From assembly GCA_018394315.1 (NCBI GenBank), contig CP074575.1, positions 806,001-870,000 of the forward strand: 64,000 nucleotides of DNA, read 5' to 3'. Below, piece after piece: positions 37,481-46,229 of this stretch (position 1 is the first letter of the stretch; each line of letters opens with the position of its first letter). This DNA is from Mycoplasmatota bacterium (lineage in GTDB: Bacteria > Bacillota_I > Bacilli_A > MAG-NZ). Below the pieces are notes generated by a model, which saw nothing but the letters and a program-made list of their open reading frames with translations, had not been told where the DNA came from and made no database searches. Both the position numbers and the translations under genes were made by a program.

Positions 37481-38611
37481 ATGGAAGAAACTGCTAGAAA
37501 AGTACTAAAATTGTTAATTGATAATGGTTTTGAGGCCTACTTTGTAGGTGGCTTTGTACGTGATAAGTTACTTGGAATTGATTCACAAGATATAGATATT
37601 GCGACAAGTGCAAAGTCAGAAGATGTTATTAAAATATTTAACAAAACAATTCTCACTGGTATTCGACATGGTACTGTAACAGTTATAGAAAATGATTTTC
37701 ACTTGGAAGTTACAACTTTTCGTACTGATGGTGATTACTTAGACAATAGAAGGCCTAGTAAAGTAGAATTTGTTAGTGATATTAAAGAAGACTTAGCACG
37801 AAGAGATTTTACAATCAATTCTTTTGCTATGGATTATGATGGTAAATTGATTGACCTATATAAGGGAAAGGAAGATTTAAACAATAAACTTATCAGGTGT
37901 GTTGGTGAACCCAAGAAACGGTTGAGTGAAGACGCTTTAAGAATCCTAAGAGCAATTAGGTTCGTTAGTAAACTGGGTTTTGATATTGAGGAAAATACTT
38001 ATAACGCTATTGTAGTCTTAAAAGATACTTTAATAAATATTTCTGCTGAAAGAATTAAAGCCGAGTTAAATAAAATATTTCTTGGCAATTATAGAAATGA
38101 TGCATTAAAGTTATTAGGCACACTGAAGTTAAGTGTTTTTTTAGATTTATTAGCGGGGATAATTGTTTTAAAGGATAGTAAAGATTCTTTAAGCGTACAT
38201 GAATGTTGGGCAACTTGTCACTATCTAAATAAGTTTGATCTAAAAAGATGGAAGTTTTCTAATAAGGACAGTAAACATATAACCGCTATTAGTAATGGTG
38301 TTAAGGCTATTAGAAATATTACAGACTATGATGTTTATTTATATAGTCAAGATTTATTAAGTAGTAATAGAGTTTTTAAAGTAATTTATGGTGAGGATTA
38401 TAAGGAAAAAATTGAATCTATTTATAATAGTTTAAAAATAAAATCGGTAAAAGAATTAACTATATCTGGATCGGATATCAGGAATTTAGGATTCACTGAT
38501 AGGATGATCGGTGAAATTTTACGAAAAGTAGAATATTTGGTAGTAATGAGTGAATTGAATAATGAGAAAAGTGAAATCATAAATTACATAAGGAGAAATT
38601 ATAATGATTAA
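37481..38611 (+). CDS. cca: CCA tRNA nucleotidyltransferase
   Basis: VGGFVRD...DIDIAT, DLARRDFTIN, EDALRILRA. Confidence 0.95.
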   Translation: MEETARKVLKLLIDNGFEAYFVGGFVRDKLLGIDSQDIDIATSAKSEDVIKIFNKTILTGIRHGTVTVIENDFHLEVTTFRTDGDYLDNRRPSKVEFVSDIKEDLARRDFTINSFAMDYDGKLIDLYKGKEDLNNKLIRCVGEPKKRLSEDALRILRAIRFVSKLGFDIEENTYNAIVVLKDTLINISAERIKAELNKIFLGNYRNDALKLLGTLKLSVFLDLLAGIIVLKDSKDSLSVHECWATCHYLNKFDLKRWKFSNKDSKHITAISNGVKAIRNITDYDVYLYSQDLLSSNRVFKVIYGEDYKEKIESIYNSLKIKSVKELTISGSDIRNLGFTDRMIGEILRKVEYLVVMSELNNEKSEIINYIRRNYND

Positions 38612-39530
38612 AATTAATGAAGTAAGTATTAAAGATAATTTAGAATTAGTTGCTAAAATCAAATTAATCAACGAAGGTGTAACAAGCACCGGTAACAAAT
38701 TCTTATCTCTACAATTAGAAGATGAAACAGGAATGATAAACGCTAAGATTTGGAATGCAGAAGATGTTAAACTCAGTTTGGGTACAATATATATCTTTAG
38801 TGGTTCTGGTCAAGAGTATAGAGAAAAGACTCAATTAATTATTAATAAGTTTAGAGAAGTGAATGATGGCGATAAAATAGATATTGATAAGTTCTTCAAG
38901 ACAGCTCCGCTAAATAAACAAGATATTTATGCTGTTATTAAAGATTATGTTAATACAATTGAAAATGAAGTTATTTCTGCAATTACTAAAACAATCTTAA
39001 ATAGATATTCAACTGAGTATATGAGTTATCCTGCAGCTACACAGAATCATCATTCTTATATTTCTGGTCTTAGTTTTCACACAATGACTATGTTGAAGAT
39101 GGCAGAGAGATTATTAGATTTATATACATACCTAGACAAGGATTACTTATACGCAGGGGTTGTGCTACACGATTTTGCTAAGGTAATTGAACTTTCTAAT
39201 AGTAGAGCTCCAGAATATACCTTAGAAGGTAAATTAATTGGACATTTAGTCTTAGGGGATGAAATTATTTTGGAAGTTGCTAGGGAACTAAACTATCAAG
39301 ATACTGAAGAAGTCTTACTGCTCCGTCATATGGTTCTATCACACCACGGGAGAAAAGAGTGGGGGAGTCCACAAAGACCAATGATACCGGAAGCTGAAGC
39401 GCTACATTTTATTGATAACATTGATTCGAAGTTTGAGGCGATTAGGGAAGCATATACTCATACTGAAGTTAAAAGCTGGACTAAGAGAATTCCAGTACTA
39501 GATGGGAGAAGTGTATATAGACATAAGTGA
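38604..39530 (+). CDS. yhaM: 3'-5' exoribonuclease YhaM/Cbf1 (OB + HD)
   Basis: PAA..HH...GL, LHD..K, HMVLSHHG..EWGSP. Confidence 0.93.
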   Translation: MIKINEVSIKDNLELVAKIKLINEGVTSTGNKFLSLQLEDETGMINAKIWNAEDVKLSLGTIYIFSGSGQEYREKTQLIINKFREVNDGDKIDIDKFFKTAPLNKQDIYAVIKDYVNTIENEVISAITKTILNRYSTEYMSYPAATQNHHSYISGLSFHTMTMLKMAERLLDLYTYLDKDYLYAGVVLHDFAKVIELSNSRAPEYTLEGKLIGHLVLGDEIILEVARELNYQDTEEVLLLRHMVLSHHGRKEWGSPQRPMIPEAEALHFIDNIDSKFEAIREAYTHTEVKSWTKRIPVLDGRSVYRHK

Positions 39531-39600
39531 GGATTACGAATAGTAATCCTTTTTACATACAAAAAAAGGTATCATTCTCTAGAATGATACCTTCAATATA

Positions 39601-42132
39601 TTATTGGTTTCTTTCGATTGTGTTTCTATTGCTTTCTAGTGCATTAGCATAATCGCTTTGTAATTCTGGGTCATTAAATGTAATATCTCCCATTGATAAT
39701 CTTAAATTATCATAGATTAATGTGCTACTAGTTGATAGATATTCTTCCTTTATCGGTACGAAATATTCATCAATAAATGCTTTAATTTCAGTTGATTGTT
39801 CTAGGTCACTTTGTAAGTATTTTTGAATATCATCTTTAGATGGATATAACTTATCATCATCAGGATATGCATCTAGTTTTTCTTTATAATTGTAAGAATA
39901 TAATAAATGATATCCATATCTTGTAGTAACATTATTTTCTGATACTTGATAACTTAAGTCCTCAGTTATCATATCGTTGTACATAATTTTTGCTTCATCT
40001 GTAAATGGTTGTTCAAACCCTTTAGATGTAACCTCACCTATGTCTTCAACTTTTACTATTAAACCTGCACGTTTATATTTAGCCCACTCACTATAACCTT
40101 CAGCATTAGGATCAGATTCATATGAAGCTTCGTTATATTCGCTAGCAATTTCGTTTAAAGAATCAACTGTTATTTCTTCAGTATCTATTTCTTCATATAA
40201 TCTATCTCTTAATGAGTCTATTAATTCAAGAGCCAAAGCGTGTTGATAGTCAGTCCAGTTATCGTTATCTTCTAAGTACATATCTGGTTCACTATCTTCG
40301 TTATTGTCAACATAAATTAAGAAATGCATAATATCAACACTGAATGCTTCTTTGTGATATTCAATCATTTTATCGTATAATATATCACTTACCTCAGTAT
40401 TGTTAAAGAGTTTTTCTTCAAATGCAACTCTAATTTCATTACTTATATATGTATTGTATAGCTCGATTTCACTTCTAACTCCAAACCCAGTATACATAAA
40501 TGTATCCCAACTCATACTTGTAGGATCAAACCCGTAAGTTGCATATGCACCTTGTTGGAATTGTAGTTTATGGTTTGTAATTGTTTGTTTAATCTCGTTT
40601 TCCTTCTCTTCAGTTATAACTTCATCACTCAATAACTCATCAGATAATGGGATTTTAGCATTTAATAATAATGTAGCTGTAGTAGCTCCATATCTATCTG
40701 AAAGATTTTCAAATAACTGATCGGCTGTTATATTTACTAATTCATTATCTTTATTTAGATAACTAAATATGATTGAATTATCGCCTTTGTTTGTTACAGT
40801 ATTACCAAACATAGTAGAGAAGCTCTTTTCTAAATAACTATCATATAATTTCAATTCTTTGTTTGTTCTTAATTTCGATAAATACTCATTTACTAATGAA
40901 TTATTATCAACCATTTTATCGATAATTTTATCAAGTAAAGTATCTAATAATTCAGAGTTTACACCAGCTTTAATGTCGCTTGGCTTTTTGCTTAGGAAAT
41001 CTGTATATTCCTCATCTGTCATTTCATCAAATAAATCGATAAAGGTATTTTGATTATCCCCAGATACTTTATAAATAATGAAATATCCAGTCTTACTTGC
41101 TCCCTCTTCATCAACCGAAACCGTTAATGGAACAGGTTTCTGTGTATAAGGAACATTAGATATAAATTCAGTATTAGTAGTCTCAGAACTTAGGACTCTA
41201 AAAATATAATTAGCTTGAGTTGAACTTTGTCTATATAATTCATCAAAATTAATTGTCAAATCTTCAGATCCGCATTCTAGCACAGTTCCGTTAGAATATG
41301 TAATTGCATCTCTATTTTCATATGTTTCATTATAAATAGCTACGTATGCTTCTAATATTTCAGCAGAAGTTAATTCTAGTTTAGCTAATTCTATAGGATC
41401 AGTTGGATATTCAGTCTCATTATCTGGAGAAATATATTCACCATCTTTATAATAAGCTTTTACTAGCTCCTCAGCATTATTAACATCTAAACCATGTCTA
41501 ACTAATGCATCTTCAGCCTCTTCTAATGTAGAGAACTTAATTTTGATAGCACAAGCTTGGTCGTAGTAGAAATTCTCATACTCTTCTCTTAGGTCATTTA
41601 ATGAAAATAATGGTTCATCGCTTGATGATTCCTCATATTCTATTAATAAAGCATCAATTACATATAGTTTTCTTGCATGACTTAAGTATGCTGCATCCTT
41701 AAATTCATCAATAGAATTATAACCATTAATTACTAGTGAATCATTGAAGTTTGCTTGAAGTTTACTTATTTCTTCAGTCGTGTAAATTTTTGTTGCTTCA
41801 GAAAGTGTCAATCCATTGTACATTTCTCTTTCTAAAACTTCATTAACATCAAAATCCGGATCTACTTTTGCTATTTCAACATATGTAGATAATAAATCTT
41901 CATCAACAATTGAAATCACTTCATTTGCACCGAAAGAATCAATCAATTTTTGATAAACTTCGTTGTTTGTTAATTTCATTGAACCTAATTCAGCATAAAT
42001 AGAATCTTCTGAAGAAATCTTAGGTTCAGTTTTATTTGTTTTAAAAGCACTACAACTAAATGCTAACAATAGTATCGCTACTAATGATAAGAACATTGGT
42101 AGAGCTCTTTTCAACAACTGTGTTTTTGTCAT
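39601..42132 (-). CDS. Large PrsA/SurA-like foldase lipoprotein with internally duplicated architecture
   Basis: Lipobox LAFSC; two similar halves; parvulin-like FEQPF...TRYGYHLL; divergent neighbour of yhaM as prsA is in Bacilli. Confidence 0.65.
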   Translation of the reverse strand: MTKTQLLKRALPMFLSLVAILLLAFSCSAFKTNKTEPKISSEDSIYAELGSMKLTNNEVYQKLIDSFGANEVISIVDEDLLSTYVEIAKVDPDFDVNEVLEREMYNGLTLSEATKIYTTEEISKLQANFNDSLVINGYNSIDEFKDAAYLSHARKLYVIDALLIEYEESSSDEPLFSLNDLREEYENFYYDQACAIKIKFSTLEEAEDALVRHGLDVNNAEELVKAYYKDGEYISPDNETEYPTDPIELAKLELTSAEILEAYVAIYNETYENRDAITYSNGTVLECGSEDLTINFDELYRQSSTQANYIFRVLSSETTNTEFISNVPYTQKPVPLTVSVDEEGASKTGYFIIYKVSGDNQNTFIDLFDEMTDEEYTDFLSKKPSDIKAGVNSELLDTLLDKIIDKMVDNNSLVNEYLSKLRTNKELKLYDSYLEKSFSTMFGNTVTNKGDNSIIFSYLNKDNELVNITADQLFENLSDRYGATTATLLLNAKIPLSDELLSDEVITEEKENEIKQTITNHKLQFQQGAYATYGFDPTSMSWDTFMYTGFGVRSEIELYNTYISNEIRVAFEEKLFNNTEVSDILYDKMIEYHKEAFSVDIMHFLIYVDNNEDSEPDMYLEDNDNWTDYQHALALELIDSLRDRLYEEIDTEEITVDSLNEIASEYNEASYESDPNAEGYSEWAKYKRAGLIVKVEDIGEVTSKGFEQPFTDEAKIMYNDMITEDLSYQVSENNVTTRYGYHLLYSYNYKEKLDAYPDDDKLYPSKDDIQKYLQSDLEQSTEIKAFIDEYFVPIKEEYLSTSSTLIYDNLRLSMGDITFNDPELQSDYANALESNRNTIERNQ

Positions 42133-42357
42133 TTACTTTCACTCCTTAAACTTTAAATTCGAAAGATTTTTTTATATTTCGCACTTTATATATTAACATT
42201 TTTTAAGAATAAACACAATGTTTTTGTCCTCAAAAAATACTGACAAAAATAAGAAAAATGGCTATGTTATAAAAACAAATCTTATGGGCAGTTATAATTT
42301 ATTCTTTTACACATTAAGAATACAATAAATTGAGTGCATATGAAAGGAGGTAATTTT

Positions 42358-42453
42358 ATGGGTCATTCGATACATCATGAATCTGGATATGCATTAGTTC
42401 TTGTATTGTTCATTTTACTTGTAATCATAGGCGCTGCTTGGATGTGTTGCTAA
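42358..42453 (+). CDS. YjcZ/SscA-family small sporulation protein (31 aa, absent from the ORF track)
   Basis: MGHSIHHESGYALVLVLFILLVIIGAAWMCC; AAGGAGG RBS; GGGGA/TCCCC T-tract terminator follows. Confidence 0.85.
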   Translation: MGHSIHHESGYALVLVLFILLVIIGAAWMCC

Positions 42454-42535
42454 TAACTGGGGGAGTAATCCCCTTTTTATCATTCCATATAATATTATAA
42501 ATTATGTTATAATGATAAAATAGGGGATGATTTAG

Positions 42536-43306
42536 ATGAAGATAACTGTATTAGCAAGTGGATCTAAAGGAAATTGTACTTATATAGAGACAGAGAAGGC
42601 AAAAATAATGGTAGATTGTGGAATATCATTTAGACAAGTCCGAAATAGATTAATGCAACACGAGATAACTCTCTTCGAGTTAGACGGAGTGTTTATTACA
42701 CACGAGCATAGTGATCATGTCTCGGGACTTCCAACACTTTTATCAAGAATACCAACAAATCTTTATATCTCTGATAAAGCCTTCGGAAAAATGCATGTTA
42801 ACGCTAGAAATGGAATACCAACAGATTTAATTAAATATATTGATGGTCCGGTCCAAATTAAGGATTTAGTAATAACACCAATTAGGACAAGTCATGATGC
42901 TGCTGAACCGTATGGATATATGTTTGAATCAAACGGAAAGAAAATAGTTCATATAACAGATACAGGTTATTTACCATCGGCAATTTATAAATCAATAGAA
43001 GATGCTGATGCGTATTTGTTTGAGTCAAATTATGAACCTGAATTACTATTAGAGAGCAATCGACCATTTTTTTTGAAACAGAGAATATTTGGAAACAAAG
43101 GTCACCTATCAAATTTAGACTCAGCGTTAATTTTAAAAGAAGTAATGACAGAACGTACTAAACATATAGTATTTATTCACTTATCTCAAGAATGTAATAC
43201 CCCTTATGATGCTAAACAAGTTCATAAAGTAGAAATACCTAACTATGATAAGATTAATATTATCTATTCATCTCAAGATATTCCTACTAAAATAATAGAG
43301 GTTTAA
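42536..43306 (+). CDS. yycJ: YycJ/WalJ metallo-beta-lactamase-fold nuclease
   Basis: LASGSKGN, THEHSDH, HDA, TDTG, ESNY, GHLSN. Confidence 0.93.
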   Translation: MKITVLASGSKGNCTYIETEKAKIMVDCGISFRQVRNRLMQHEITLFELDGVFITHEHSDHVSGLPTLLSRIPTNLYISDKAFGKMHVNARNGIPTDLIKYIDGPVQIKDLVITPIRTSHDAAEPYGYMFESNGKKIVHITDTGYLPSAIYKSIEDADAYLFESNYEPELLLESNRPFFLKQRIFGNKGHLSNLDSALILKEVMTERTKHIVFIHLSQECNTPYDAKQVHKVEIPNYDKINIIYSSQDIPTKIIEV

Positions 43307-43307
43307 A

Positions 43308-43787
43308 ATGAATATAAAAATAATATCAGTTGGGAAAATAAAAGAAAGATATTTAATTGACGCAATAAAGGAGTATTCAAAAAGGATAATGCCTTATGCG
43401 AAACTATCTTTCATAGAAGTGAAAGACGAACCAACAAAAGATAATGCTTCACCCAAAGATAATTTAAAGATAAAAGAAAAAGAAGCATTGAGAATATTAA
43501 ATCATATTGACTCAAGAGAATATGTTATAGCATTAGCAATTGAAGGGAAACAGTTAAATTCAATAGAACTAGCAAATAAAATAAAAGAATTACCCACTTA
43601 TGGTAACTCTAATATTGCTTTTATTATAGGAGGATCATTAGGGTTAGATAAAGAGATTCTAGATAGATCAAACTTTAAACTATCATTCTCCAAAATGACT
43701 TTCCCCCATCAATTAATGAAGGTAATACTTTTAGAGCAATTATACAGAGCATTTAGAATAAATAATAATGCGCCGTACCATAAATAG
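43308..43787 (+). CDS. rlmH: 23S rRNA (pseudouridine1915-N3)-methyltransferase (orfX)
   Basis: VGKIKE, FIIGGSLG, SFSKMTFPHQL, EQLYRAF...PYHK. Confidence 0.98.
   Translation: MNIKIISVGKIKERYLIDAIKEYSKRIMPYAKLSFIEVKDEPTKDNASPKDNLKIKEKEALRILNHIDSREYVIALAIEGKQLNSIELANKIKELPTYGNSNIAFIIGGSLGLDKEILDRSNFKLSFSKMTFPHQLMKVILLEQLYRAFRINNNAPYHK
43770..43787 (+). repeat. att-like site S1 (rlmH 3' end)
   Basis: GCGCCGTACCATAAATAG. Confidence 0.9.
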
Positions 43788-43810
43788 TTGCAACCTTTGA
43801 ACGAAAAATT

Positions 43811-43852
43811 CGTGCATTTAGAATTATCAATCGCGCGCCGTACCATAAATAA
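43811..43852 (+). repeat. att-like site S2 (copy of rlmH 3' end; core 43835-43852)
   Basis: CGTGCATTTAGAATTATCAATCGC-GCGCCGTACCATAAATAA reads RAFRIINRAPYHK*. Confidence 0.9.
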
Positions 43853-43863
43853 TAGCATCACAT

Positions 43864-43917
43864 AAACAATATTTTCGGTCTTTTCAATTACAGGTGGATG
43901 AACCATATCATAATAAT
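43864..43917 (+). repeat. att-like site S3 (diverged; core 43900-43917)
   Basis: GAACCATATCATAATAAT; reads KQYFRSFQLQVDEPYHN in register with the RlmH C-terminus. Confidence 0.7.
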
Positions 43918-44066
43918 GAAGTTGTAATAATATATTAATATTAAGAATCCACTTGTTTTAGTAAAAGAAATAGGAATGCAACCTTTAGTTGACACATTTC
44001 CAAGTCACGTTGGTGGTGTTCAACTGGATTTACGTATATCATTTTTATGAAAGAGAGGTACTGAAA

Positions 44067-45059
44067 ATGATTTTAGCTGACAAAATAATGTGTTTGAGAA
44101 AACAAAGAGGTTGGTCTCAAGAAGAACTTGCAAATAAGATGAATGTCTCAAGACAATCTGTTTCAAAGTGGGAGAGCGAGAGTGCTATACCTGAAATGGA
44201 CAAGATAGTGATGTTAAGTGAGATATTTAATGTATCAACAGATTATCTTTTAAAGGAAGATATGAAGGATGATTGCATTGAGAAACAAGAAATAATTCAA
44301 CCCCAGAAAGAGGCCGTAGTTTTGAGGAATTATGAAGTTGAATCGTACTTAGAAAGAGTAAAGAAAAATGCAAAATTAATTGCTTTAGGTGTTTCTTTAT
44401 GTATTTTAGGAGCAACTAGTCTTGTGTTTTTATCAGTAATTGGCGAAACTACCGTGCCCAGTATGTCTGAAGAGCTGGCATTGTCTATTGGATTAGTTGT
44501 GTTGTTTGTATTAGTTGCAATAGCTGTAGCATTATTTATAAAGGCAGGTTCTTTAATGAAACAGTTTGAGTATGTCGAAAGTAAAGAAGTTATTTTAAGT
44601 GGTGCAGATAAACAACATGTAAATGAACAAAAACAATATTATACAAGTAAATATCATTTTGGTATTACATTCGGTGTAGTATTAATGATTCTCGGAGTAT
44701 TACCATTGATAATTGGTAGTTTGTACGATATTTCGGTCTATAATTTGATTCTATTATTAACTTTACTCATGGTAATAGTTACCCTAGCTGTACATATAAT
44801 AATTCGAGTAAGTATTAGAAATGATGGGTACGAAACTCTACTGAATTTAGGAGAATATACGAAAGATAACAAACAGATAGAAAAAGTAACTGAGAAAATT
44901 GGAGGTGTTTATTGGCCAATTGTTGTGGCAATTTACTTATTCTGGAGTTTCTATACGAATGATTGGGGAACTACATGGATCGTGTGGCCTGTAGCGGGTG
45001 TACTATTCGCTGTTGTACCAGGAATAAGCTCGTTCTTGATAGATAAAAACAAAGATTAA
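44067..45059 (+). CDS. XRE-family HTH protein with C-terminal membrane domain
   Basis: LRKQRGWSQEELA..MNVSRQSVSKWE..VSTDYLL plus several TMs; ATG follows GAGAGG. Confidence 0.9.
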   Translation: MILADKIMCLRKQRGWSQEELANKMNVSRQSVSKWESESAIPEMDKIVMLSEIFNVSTDYLLKEDMKDDCIEKQEIIQPQKEAVVLRNYEVESYLERVKKNAKLIALGVSLCILGATSLVFLSVIGETTVPSMSEELALSIGLVVLFVLVAIAVALFIKAGSLMKQFEYVESKEVILSGADKQHVNEQKQYYTSKYHFGITFGVVLMILGVLPLIIGSLYDISVYNLILLLTLLMVIVTLAVHIIIRVSIRNDGYETLLNLGEYTKDNKQIEKVTEKIGGVYWPIVVAIYLFWSFYTNDWGTTWIVWPVAGVLFAVVPGISSFLIDKNKD

Positions 45060-45084
45060 ATTATGACAAATGTCATAATTTTTT
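45059..45084 (+). terminator. Intrinsic terminator
   Basis: AATTATGACA-AA-TGTCATAATT followed by TTTT. Confidence 0.65.
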
Positions 45085-45136
45085 AATTTGACAAAGTAAT
45101 AGCAACCAATTCAAGAATAAGCCTTACGAAGAGTAT

Positions 45137-45177
45137 ATCTCAGTTAAAAACGTAATAGAGAATGCTATCATAAAAAA
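45137..45177 (+). repeat. att-like site S4 (degenerate core 45160-45177)
   Basis: ATCTCAGTTAAAAACGTAATAGA-GAATGCTATCATAAAAAA; aligns without gaps to S8 and shares its downstream ~105 bp. Confidence 0.75.
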
Positions 45178-45260
45178 TTGTAAAACATGAGCTGAAATAT
45201 CGCTCATATAGAAAACTCACAGGGTGAATATTCACTCTGTTTTAATTGGAGGAAAAAAAA

Positions 45261-45623
45261 ATGAAGGATATAAAGAATGTTTCAAAATTAATAATAGAAG
45301 CAATAGACTTGAATTTAATTGGGAGTAGTAACCCACTGACATTTCATTATTACGAGAATGATAACTTGTGGAATGACTTGCTTTCATTCGTAAATGATGA
45401 AGATATGATGAGGACGATGATTTTCAACAATGATAAGCTTGGGATATCTCCTGTACATACCTATTGTGCAACTTTGAACTGTAATGATAAGCTAAGAGAT
45501 TTTGAAAAAAATTCAATAGGACGCTTTTGGAAATTTGTTTTTGAAACACTGGGTTATAATAATACTAGAAGGGTATATAGGGTAAAATCAGCTATAACAA
45601 ACGGAAAACTATTCACTCAGTAA
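45261..45623 (+). CDS. Hypothetical protein (120 aa)
   Basis: GGAGG RBS and open frame; its first 8 codons recur at 59611. Confidence 0.65.
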   Translation: MKDIKNVSKLIIEAIDLNLIGSSNPLTFHYYENDNLWNDLLSFVNDEDMMRTMIFNNDKLGISPVHTYCATLNCNDKLRDFEKNSIGRFWKFVFETLGYNNTRRVYRVKSAITNGKLFTQ

Positions 45624-46229
45624 GCATTTATACAATTAACGGTGTTCAGAATATCCAAATCTGTATGAGACTAGATGATTATGAGAACTATGATTGTAAA
45701 GAAGAATTTACTGCTGAATCTTTGGAACAGCTCTCAAATGTTTTAACTGAAGTTAGGTTTCAACACAATATAAATTCTCTTGATGGGTTTACACCCGAGT
45801 ACATATTAAACATAGTTACATTTAGTCCTTTTTGTTGTTAGTCTCTACAGTAAATGCCTGTTCTTCAAAGTATACTAATAAAAACAACTCCTTAAACGGA
45901 GTTTTATATGCATATGGAGAGTTATAAGAACGTTCTTCAGGAATGATACTTTTAAATACTGTTATAATACAATTAAATTGAGAGATAAAAAGGGGTATTG
46001 ACTTAACAGCTACAAATAGGGTTAAAAGGAGAGAAGTATGGAAGATATTTAGAAAACTATTCTTAAAGTTATAGAATGTTCTTGGTGGTTTTTGTCATAA
46101 ATTACCTTTATATGTCTATTATAATTTGAGTTTTGAAGTTTTAAAATGTATAATCAAAAGTAAGTATTTGATTTTTTTTGAGCAAATTTCTTGTTAGATA
46201 ATATAATATTTTGATGCTGAGGTGGTTGT

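Noticed and set aside
43770..43917. CRISPR-like reading of the 65-bp periodic repeats
   Set aside because: Only three units, the repeat is the rlmH 3' end, the intervening DNA is itself rlmH-like, and there are no cas genes; no fourth unit at 43965.
43977..43994. TGCAACCTTT repeated from just after rlmH (43789-43798)
   Set aside because: No att core precedes it; it could be an imperfect operator for the XRE gene, but support is too weak.
45665..45841. 58-codon ORF MRLDDYENYDC...
   Set aside because: No clear RBS or motif; not called as a feature.
45926..45960. AAGAACGTT resembling the S5 left arm
   Set aside because: The following bases do not fit the core in register.
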